NCBI GenBank assembly: GCA_037045145.1
Contig: JBAOIA010000012.1
Coordinates: forward strand, 857,550-921,549
Source of the DNA: Bacteroidia bacterium
GTDB lineage: Bacteria; Bacteroidota; Bacteroidia; AKYH767-A; OLB10
DNA: 64,000 nt
Direction: 5' to 3'
Part shown: positions 57,801-64,000 of the stretch, piece after piece
Position numbering within the stretch: position 1 is the stretch's first letter
Layout: every line of letters begins with the position of its first letter
Made by a program: the position numbers and the translations under genes
Notes under the pieces: model-generated
The model's database searches: none
What the model was told of the DNA's origin: nothing
Seen by the model: the letters and a program-made list of their open reading frames with translations, nothing else

Positions 57801-58846
57801 CAAATGGAATCTGCCAGAATTCACCTGTTGATTTTATTAACCAAACAGATAGTGTTAGCGCACAGATAAACGGATGGCATTGGTATTTTGGTGACGGCAA
57901 TACTTCTTCACAACATTCACCTCAAAATATTTATAACGGTACCGGCAACTACACAGTATCACTAATAGCTTACGCTGCCGGAGGTTGTAATGACACCGTT
58001 GTTTCAGTAGTGAATATGAAACCTGTACCGGTCATTGCATTCAGTATTGTGCCGCCAACAGGTGCTCCCGGCAATAATGTTCAGATTATTAATAGTACCA
58101 CCGGTGCAACATCCTATTCATGGGATTTTGGCGATGGATCACCCTTGAACCTAAATGAGAATCCAACGCATATTTTTAATGATACCGGAAGTTATGTAAT
58201 TACACTTACTGCCTCAAGTATTTTTAATTGTACCGCTCAAATGCTAAAACCTTTTGATGTTATTGTTCCTTATGTTGACCTTTGGTTAAAATCATTGTCT
58301 TATACCATTAACGACAATTATCTTTCATTATCTGCATTATTGTCAAATGTAGGAAACACAACTGTCAACAATTTTGATTTATTGATACAGCCTGAAGGAA
58401 AAGGTTCTTTTATAGAAAACGGTAATGAAACAATACCTTATGCAACAGAAAAAAATTATGACTTACATACCAGTATTGCCATCAATCCGTCAGATTTGCC
58501 CGACTTTATTTGTGTGCGTATAAAAAATGTAAACAATAGCAATGATCTGAATCCGGATAACAACGAGAAATGCATTTCATTAATGCCGGAAAATGGAAGT
58601 ATGACGGTAAGTCCTAATCCAATTGATGATTTATTATCTATTCAGTTGAATTTACCTGCAAGTGCAGAAATAACCTTAATACTTTATGATGCAGCAGGTA
58701 AAAAATTAAGCACACTTTATCAGGGTGCTTCAGATGCCGGTTTCAAAAACTTGAGCTTTAGACTCCCCTATCTGAGTAAAGGTGTTTACATTATTGGAGC
58801 TACATCAGAATCATTAAATAAAAGAGTAAAATTTATCAGACAGTAA
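54827..58846 (+). CDS. Large secreted PKD-repeat protein with a T9SS type-A C-terminal sorting domain
   Basis: A signal peptide is followed by about 9 PKD units ('W.FGDG..S...NP.H.Y...G.Y.V.L.V....GC'). The C-terminal 'VSPNPIDDLLSIQL...GVYIIGATSE' is the Por secretion tail. Confidence 0.8.
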   Translation: MQKIFFALSLLFSLSRNAQAQCPTASFSLPDTVCSGTALPLINTSTGNGLTYQWDFCPREIHGLTSYKYFRYSNYVLNTMTDMDLLKVGNGYYLITMDSISNNFVVGYIGNHLSNEAISPIINGGFTKLNCFDFIVEGDTNVYGLAAYSPTSTLYLMTFPGGIQSTPVLTPLPSFNSIANPADIKIVHADQNYYAFIASTGNGNVSCLSFGNTMTNTPTELYNFNISGSIKLSDIDIVTTCAPPVGFVTDSKNGDLTKLSFANGFGNAPTLSVFTGTGSIGNKSVTITQEFESYFVCFTDSANKQLKWLQFNDNNFANTPTVYTSPAFYFGPNQAESITDSSITRFIVNDIPTLNFVDMLYFDSCYTKYSEDQNPVYSFFNTGWNKLSLTVSDSNGYQSIAFDSVFVITGPTSQFSFSGNTCFNPNDSISFTDQSSSPSGPVTGWLWDFDDGTTSTQQNPQHAFTSPGTYQVKLTITAGCEKDTVIPITIHALPVVNFTYNLSCANSATTLTDQSSSAAGLQSWVWNFGDGSLSSQLQNPDHIFQSGGNYNVQLTVTDSLGCIDSLVNTVQVKATPNAAFLTLQTCLGDTVNLTNTSTISDSTALSYFWDFGSGITSTQTDTVIYFTTAGSYPATLIAYSSQGCSDTLNQNIVISTPPSVNFGFPTSNCQYNAIAFSDSTIGFNLSSWQWDFGDGDTSSLQNPSHVYNNAGNYTVQLTVSSGNDCAASYSQTIQILEGPSAAFVTGNGCQGVLTNFTDQSTVSSGSSIVLWNWYFGDGDSSQTQNPSHIYAVPGSYNALLRVTSNNGCQDTTSQFVQIFENPVAGFYVQPLRCANTEIYFLDTSIISNGSISQWQWQFSNGNTSNLPNPFAIFNNAGSASATLTVTTLDGCSNSKSFNFTVRSQPDFTISHNGVCKGKQTAFNYYPNGNISAYAWTWYFGDNTYAFTPNATHLYASTGTYPFSMAVTDSFGCQKTIYDTLTIYPTPDAAFISNGICQNSPVDFINQTDSVSAQINGWHWYFGDGNTSSQHSPQNIYNGTGNYTVSLIAYAAGGCNDTVVSVVNMKPVPVIAFSIVPPTGAPGNNVQIINSTTGATSYSWDFGDGSPLNLNENPTHIFNDTGSYVITLTASSIFNCTAQMLKPFDVIVPYVDLWLKSLSYTINDNYLSLSALLSNVGNTTVNNFDLLIQPEGKGSFIENGNETIPYATEKNYDLHTSIAINPSDLPDFICVRIKNVNNSNDLNPDNNEKCISLMPENGSMTVSPNPIDDLLSIQLNLPASAEITLILYDAAGKKLSTLYQGASDAGFKNLSFRLPYLSKGVYIIGATSESLNKRVKFIRQ

Positions 58847-58851
58847 AAATT

Positions 58852-59982
58852 ATGATTCCATTTAACAAACCACATCTTACCGGCAAGGAAATAGACTTCA
58901 TAAAAGAAGTATTTACCTCAGGAAAAATTTCGGGTGATGGGAATTTCACAAAACGCTGCCATCAGTTTTTACAACAGAAATATAACTTTAAAAAAGTTTT
59001 GCTTACCACATCATGCACTGATGCATTAGAAGCATGCGCTATTCTGCTTGATATAAAAGAAGGTGATGAGGTCATTGTGCCATCATACACATTCGTATCA
59101 ACAGTAAATGCTTTTGTGCTGCGAGGTGCTAAAATAATTTTTGCAGACAGCAATCCTGATACAGCAAATATTGACGTAAATAAAATTGAATCATTAATTA
59201 CATTGCGCACAAAGGCTATAGTACCTGTTCATTATGCCGGTGTTGCCTGCGACATGGATAGTATTAATGCCATTGCAGCAAAGCACAACTTATTTGTTGT
59301 TGAAGATGCAGCACAGGCAATTGATTCTTTTTATAAAGGAAAACCATTGGGCAGTTTAGGCCATTTGTCTGCATTTTCATTTCATGACACAAAAAATATT
59401 ATAAGCGGTGAAGGCGGAATGTTGGTTATCAATGATGAGCGATTTGAAAAACGCGCTGAAATAATCCGGGAGAAAGGCACAAACCGTTCTGCGTTTTTCA
59501 GAGGAGAAGTGGACAAGTACGGTTGGGTTGATGTAGGTTCATCTTTCTTGCCAAGCGAAGTTACTGCAGCCATGTTGTTGGCACAACTAGAATCAATAGA
59601 TAAAATTCAAACCAGAAGACTAGAAATTTGGAATCGTTATTTTAACTTACTGAAACCACTTGAAGCAAAAGGCTTTTTAAAGCTTCCTGTAATTCCGGAT
59701 TATGCTACCAATAATGCACACATGTTTTTTATTGTTTTAAACGATCTTGAAACCAGAAGTAAGTTAATTGATCATCTTAAAAAGAATCATATCAGTGCTG
59801 TATTTCATTACATTTCTTTACATACATCTGCATACTATGCCACTAAGCATGATGGGCGTGTATTGCCTGTTTCGGATATGCTGACCAATCAACTATTACG
59901 TCTGCCTATGTTTTATGATTTAAAGAATGATGAAGTGGAATTCATTTGTCAGAAAATAACCGATTTTTTTACAACACTTTGA
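58852..59982 (+). CDS. DegT/DnrJ/EryC1/StrS-family PLP aminotransferase (WecE-like sugar aminotransferase)
   Basis: 'FNKPHLTGKEIDFIKEV...TSCTDALE...SFHDTKNI' places the lysine of the PLP motif. Confidence 0.85.
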   Translation: MIPFNKPHLTGKEIDFIKEVFTSGKISGDGNFTKRCHQFLQQKYNFKKVLLTTSCTDALEACAILLDIKEGDEVIVPSYTFVSTVNAFVLRGAKIIFADSNPDTANIDVNKIESLITLRTKAIVPVHYAGVACDMDSINAIAAKHNLFVVEDAAQAIDSFYKGKPLGSLGHLSAFSFHDTKNIISGEGGMLVINDERFEKRAEIIREKGTNRSAFFRGEVDKYGWVDVGSSFLPSEVTAAMLLAQLESIDKIQTRRLEIWNRYFNLLKPLEAKGFLKLPVIPDYATNNAHMFFIVLNDLETRSKLIDHLKKNHISAVFHYISLHTSAYYATKHDGRVLPVSDMLTNQLLRLPMFYDLKNDEVEFICQKITDFFTTL

Positions 59983-60506
59983 AAAAAATTGCACTGCTCT
60001 CAGACACACATGGGTTTATTGATCAGACAATAGTAAAATATTTGTTAGATGTGGACGAAATATGGCATGCAGGTGATTTTGGCAATATGGCAGTCAGCGA
60101 TTTTTTAGCTTCTATAAAACCGTTGAAGGGGGTTTATGGAAATGTTGACGGGCAGGATGTAAGGAAAGTTCATCCGCTTCATCAGAAATTTCAAGTCGAA
60201 GGCGTTAAAGTCTGGATGACACATATTGGCGGTTACCCCGGAAATTATGCATCTGAAATTAAGAAATCCATTTATACGGAAAGACCTTCTCTTTTTATTT
60301 CCGGTCATTCACATATTTTGAAAGTTATGCCAGACCCTAAAATTCCGGGGCTGCTGCACATCAACCCTGGGGCAGCTGGTGTTCATGGTTTTCATCATGT
60401 ACGCACAATGGTAAAGTTTACCGTTGATAAAAATAAAATTGGTGAGCTTGATGTGATTGAGCTCGCGCAAAGAGGCTCTCTCGAAAACAAAAATATCTTA
60501 GCGTAA
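59979..60506 (+). CDS. YfcE/MJ0936-family metallophosphoesterase
   Basis: 'KKIALLSDTHG...WHAGDFGN...GHSHI' matches the phosphoesterase motifs. The start is uncertain, either TTG 59979 or ATG 59946. Confidence 0.7.
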   Translation: MKKIALLSDTHGFIDQTIVKYLLDVDEIWHAGDFGNMAVSDFLASIKPLKGVYGNVDGQDVRKVHPLHQKFQVEGVKVWMTHIGGYPGNYASEIKKSIYTERPSLFISGHSHILKVMPDPKIPGLLHINPGAAGVHGFHHVRTMVKFTVDKNKIGELDVIELAQRGSLENKNILA

Positions 60507-60968
60507 CCGGTCAGCTGAACGAACTAATTCTTCGTCCTTCTTAATGGCCTTTGAAGCAAGAAAAACCCAAACTATTGCAACAACTGTAATATAGGTTCCA
60601 ATATGATAGACTACATGTGTAACGTCTGTTGCTCTGGTCTCTGATTGTTGAAAAATCAAAACCACAAGTACTACAATCAATAGCATTATCAACTGGCAAA
60701 GTCTGATTTGCTTTAAACGGTGTTTATATAATAACAAGTTCAATAAACTTAAAGCAATAACAACAGGAGTCAGAATCAGAATAGGGTAAAATGGTGCATT
60801 TTGAGTTTGAATATTGTCCTGAAAAGTTTTATGCCCCATAACATCAAAAACATGCATGGAAACAACACCATTTTCAGCGGTTTCTACCGAGCTGAAAGGC
60901 AGGAAAAACAAGCTGGCCATACTAGCAGCTACTGCAAGAAGATAGATTGACTGTATCCTTTGAATCAT
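60498..60968 (-). CDS. DUF4293-family membrane protein
   Basis: 'MIQRIQSIYLLAVAASMASLFF' is the characteristic start of the family; there are four TM helices. Confidence 0.6.
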   Translation of the reverse strand: MIQRIQSIYLLAVAASMASLFFLPFSSVETAENGVVSMHVFDVMGHKTFQDNIQTQNAPFYPILILTPVVIALSLLNLLLYKHRLKQIRLCQLIMLLIVVLVVLIFQQSETRATDVTHVVYHIGTYITVVAIVWVFLASKAIKKDEELVRSADRLR

Positions 60969-61179
60969 GTTTCTGAAATTTTAATGTGTCAAAAATAGGT
61001 TATGTGGTGAAATTATGCTTTTTAAAGAATCTTTTTTGCAAAAGAAAAATAATTGTTTTACGTTTGCACAGAATTTGAACGAAAGCCAAAGCATTTTTCC
61101 CCGTTCAAAAATCCGATTCCAATATAATATTTTATCATCCACAAGAACATAATTCTTTTTACTTTATACCTACAAATTC

Positions 61180-62895
61180 ATGTACGATATTCTCGAACTT
61201 AGTGACAAGCTTGTAGCCGAGCTACGCGAAATTGCCAAAGAGCTTAACATTGAAAACTACGAAGGCTTAAAAAAACAGGACCTTATCTATAAGATTCTTG
61301 ACCATCAGGCTATACATCCGGAATTGGCAAAATCAAAAAAAGCCGATAAGCCCAAAGATGAAAAACCGCGTCATGAGAAACCGCGTCATGAGAAAAAGGA
61401 ACATAAACCTGCTGCCGCACCAGCTGCTGCAGAAAAACCTGTTGAAGAACCTGTAACAGCATCTGTTGCTAATGAAGTAACATCAGAAACAAAAGCCCAG
61501 GATGATGCCGATAAGCCTAGAAGAAAAAGAATTATTCCTGCCGGAGTACCACAAAAAAATGAATCTCCTCAACAAGTTGTCAATAAAACAACTGAAGTTA
61601 CTCCTGCACCACAGGAAGTTATAACACCACCTGCAAAAACAGCTATTGAAGAAAGACCACAACAAAATCAACAGCCGCAGCAACAACAGCAAAACGATTT
61701 TCAACAAAGGAACAGAGAGCGTAGATTTCCGGACAATCAACAACAAAATAATTTTCGTCCGCAGAACGACTACTTTGAGTTTGATAATGCCATCAATGCA
61801 GAAGGTGTTTTAGAAATTATGCCTGAAGGATATGGCTTTTTGCGCTCATCAGACTATGACTATTTAAGTTCACCGGATGATGTGTATGTTGGACAATCAC
61901 AGATTAAAGCGTTTGCATTAAAAACAGGTGATACTGTAAAATGCAAAGTTCGTCCACCACGTGAAGGAGAAAAATTCTTCCCACTGACGAAGGTAGAATT
62001 GATAAACGGCCTTGAACCTACAATTGTTCGCGACCGTATTCCATTTGATTATCTGACACCACTTTTCCCATTTGAGAAACTAAATCTTTCCGGAGAGAAC
62101 AGCACCATGAGCACAAGAATTATGGATATGTTTTCACCTATTGGAAAAGGACAACGTGGGTTAATAGTTGCGCAACCGAAAACAGGTAAGACAGTACTTT
62201 TAAAAGAAGTTGCCAATGCTATTGCGGCCAACCATCCTGAAGTATATCTGATAGTATTGTTGATTGATGAAAGGCCTGAAGAGGTTACAGATATGGCACG
62301 CAGTGTGAAAGCCGAAGTTATTTCTTCGACCTTTGATGAACCTGCCGACAAGCATGTAAAAATTGCCAACCTTGTTTTAGAAAAAGCTAAACGTTTGGTA
62401 GAATGTGGGCATGATGTTGTAATTGTATTGGATTCCATTACACGACTGGCTCGTGCCTATAATACCACTGCACCTGCGTCCGGAAAAATATTATCCGGTG
62501 GTGTTGACTCGAACGCACTTCACAAGCCAAAAAGATTTTTTGGTGCAGCACGTAAAATAGAAAAAGGCGGTTCATTAACCATCATTGCAACAGCGTTAAT
62601 TGACACCGGTTCAAGAATGGACGAAGTAATCTTCGAAGAATTTAAAGGTACGGGTAATATGGAGTTGCAGCTTGACCGCAAGCTAAGTAACAAACGCGTT
62701 TATCCGGCAATTGATTTAGTTGCTTCAAGTACAAGACGTGAAGATCTTTTGCTGGACAGAAAAATGTTGGAGCGTATGTGGATTTTAAGAAATCACTTAG
62801 CCGACATGAACCCAATGGAAGCTATGGAATTTTTGCTTGACCGTTTAAGAGGAACAAAATCAAACGAAGAGTTTCTTATTTCGATGAACAGTTAG
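61180..62895 (+). CDS. rho: Transcription termination factor Rho (with the Bacteroidota-type N-terminal insertion)
   Basis: The Rho_N N-terminus '[40 protein letters not shown]' is followed by a low-complexity Q/P insertion. Walker A '[16 protein letters not shown]' and the Rho C-terminal domain are present. Confidence 0.9.
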   Translation: MYDILELSDKLVAELREIAKELNIENYEGLKKQDLIYKILDHQAIHPELAKSKKADKPKDEKPRHEKPRHEKKEHKPAAAPAAAEKPVEEPVTASVANEVTSETKAQDDADKPRRKRIIPAGVPQKNESPQQVVNKTTEVTPAPQEVITPPAKTAIEERPQQNQQPQQQQQNDFQQRNRERRFPDNQQQNNFRPQNDYFEFDNAINAEGVLEIMPEGYGFLRSSDYDYLSSPDDVYVGQSQIKAFALKTGDTVKCKVRPPREGEKFFPLTKVELINGLEPTIVRDRIPFDYLTPLFPFEKLNLSGENSTMSTRIMDMFSPIGKGQRGLIVAQPKTGKTVLLKEVANAIAANHPEVYLIVLLIDERPEEVTDMARSVKAEVISSTFDEPADKHVKIANLVLEKAKRLVECGHDVVIVLDSITRLARAYNTTAPASGKILSGGVDSNALHKPKRFFGAARKIEKGGSLTIIATALIDTGSRMDEVIFEEFKGTGNMELQLDRKLSNKRVYPAIDLVASSTRREDLLLDRKMLERMWILRNHLADMNPMEAMEFLLDRLRGTKSNEEFLISMNS

Positions 62896-63032
62896 AAGTT
62901 TGAAGAATTTGGAAATTATCGTGTTGGAGAATTGGTGATTTGAAGAGCGTGAAATGTGGAATTTAATGGTGTTTCTTTAATTACGACTATTTGAGCCTTG
63001 CAACCTGACAAATACAAGCAATTCACTATTTA

Positions 63033-63956
63033 TTATTGTTCTGCATTTTTCAATTTCCAAATGGATCCGTTTTTTGTTGTAAGTTTTTCTAACTTACCAT
63101 TTGCCACCAAATCAGTAAGTACTTGTTCGCTTTGTTGTCTTGCTGTTCCTGTCAGTACAGAAAATTCCTTTGCTGTTAATGACTGATAGTGTGAAAATAC
63201 TGCTGCCGTACTTTTGTCATAGTTGATTTTTTGTACATCAGGCAGAAGTTTAATGATTGTGCTCTCAAAGGCATCATAGGGTTTTGATCCAAATACAGTT
63301 TCTGTCCTTCCCAATGTATCTGTAAAAAACATAGTCGGAAAACCTCTTACACCTAACTGCTTGCCTAATGCTAAGTCTTCATTAAAAAGCTCTTTTGCTC
63401 TTCCATCGTAATCTTCTTTAAACTTATTTAAATTTAATCCCACAGACTTAGCTGCCGATTCTAAATTTTCCCACTTTGTTATATTCCGTTTCTTTAGAAA
63501 AACCATTTCTCTTATCTCTCTTAAAAACAGAATTGCTTTCTCATGATCTTGCATTTGGGCTGCCTTTACTGCAATAGAGGGTGGATAGGATGATTGTAAT
63601 GGGTCTTCTAACCAAACATCACCGTCAATTGGCATATCATAATAAACACTAACCTCATCCCAATGGTGAGCAACATCTGATGGCTTACTTATTCCTCCAC
63701 TATTGTAACTCCAGTCGGGCAACAAACCTCCCATTCTGTATTCTATTTCAATAATGTTACCGTACTCCAATTTTAATTTGCGTAGCTGTGGCTCAATGCC
63801 CCAACAAGAAGAACAAATCGGGTCAGTATAGTAAATTACTTTTATTAGTTTCTTTTCTGATTTTATGTTGCTGCTTTCTGTTATAGTATGTCCTTTAACC
63901 GGGATTTCGCAAATACCACTGTCAGGATTGCATAATAAAGGATTGTTTTTCTCCAT
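63033..63956 (-). CDS. DsbA-like thioredoxin-fold protein (CSSC active site) with a C-terminal extension
   Basis: 'YYTDPICSSCWGIEPQLRKL' is a CxxC motif in a DsbA-like context; 'GVRGFPTMFF' follows. Confidence 0.65.
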   Translation of the reverse strand: MEKNNPLLCNPDSGICEIPVKGHTITESSNIKSEKKLIKVIYYTDPICSSCWGIEPQLRKLKLEYGNIIEIEYRMGGLLPDWSYNSGGISKPSDVAHHWDEVSVYYDMPIDGDVWLEDPLQSSYPPSIAVKAAQMQDHEKAILFLREIREMVFLKKRNITKWENLESAAKSVGLNLNKFKEDYDGRAKELFNEDLALGKQLGVRGFPTMFFTDTLGRTETVFGSKPYDAFESTIIKLLPDVQKINYDKSTAAVFSHYQSLTAKEFSVLTGTARQQSEQVLTDLVANGKLEKLTTKNGSIWKLKNAEQ

Positions 63957-64000
63957 TTTCTTTTTTGTTTGAGCATGGCAATTGATACTGCCGAATGCAA

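Overview
This window is a chromosomal segment from a Bacteroidota genome. Three things support that: sprA plus adhesins carrying T9SS C-terminal domains, the long N-terminal insertion in Rho typical of Bacteroidota, and TAnnTTTG-type -7 promoter boxes. Coding density is high on both strands.

Layout:
- 1..4590: the 3' part of a giant SprB-repeat/PKD adhesin with a T9SS type-B C-terminal domain, truncated by the window start.
- 5.3-9.3 kb: a copper nitrite reductase cluster. It encodes an alginate-export-like outer-membrane barrel, NirK, an FGE-like NirV and SCO1/SenC; NirK, NirV and SCO1/SenC are lipoproteins.
- 9.4-24.2 kb: housekeeping genes, including a TonB-dependent receptor, tRNA-Glu(TTC), rpsT, radC, carA, the 2443-aa T9SS translocon SprA and ruvA.
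- 24.2-38.9 kb: a roughly 14.7-kb accessory/defense island inserted between ruvA and maeB, described below.
- 38.9-45.7 kb: maeB, ribH, a TPR protein, an FkbM methyltransferase, an FAD oxidoreductase and a GNAT acetyltransferase.
- 46.5-51.0 kb: a nitrosative-stress-type cluster. It holds a DUF2249-RIC/ScdA fusion, a cupin, a DUF1858-DUF2249 protein, an NnrS-like membrane protein, a DUF59 protein and an Rrf2 regulator.
- 51.0-64.0 kb: PiT with its DUF47 partner, a beta-CASP MBL RNase, RdgB, a 1339-aa PKD-repeat T9SS cargo protein, a DegT aminotransferase, a phosphoesterase, a DUF4293 protein, rho and a DsbA-like protein.

The defense island contains:
- a GIY-YIG protein;
- two copies of a roughly 235-bp MITE-like element derived from the N-terminus of an IS5/IS1182-type transposase;
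- a BamB-like beta-propeller gene broken by an in-frame TAG, flanked by those two copies;
- an HTH-XRE/Panacea antitoxin translationally coupled to a RelE/ParE-fold toxin;
- an uncharacterised four-gene cassette described below;
- a type I restriction-modification system (hsdS, hsdM, and hsdR split into two coupled ORFs);
- a solo OLD-family ABC-ATPase/TOPRIM nuclease.

The cassette encodes, in order: a DUF2188 protein; a zinc-ribbon protein; a membrane-anchored LRAT/PLAAT-like permuted papain-fold protein; and a protein with an N-terminal transmembrane helix, a coiled coil and a C-terminal domain carrying an Rx4H HEPN-like motif.

I rate the four-gene cassette as the most likely previously undescribed system in the window. 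Its LRAT-like and HEPN-like assignments rest on motifs read by eye, so they need profile searches. No CRISPR arrays or rRNA genes were seen.
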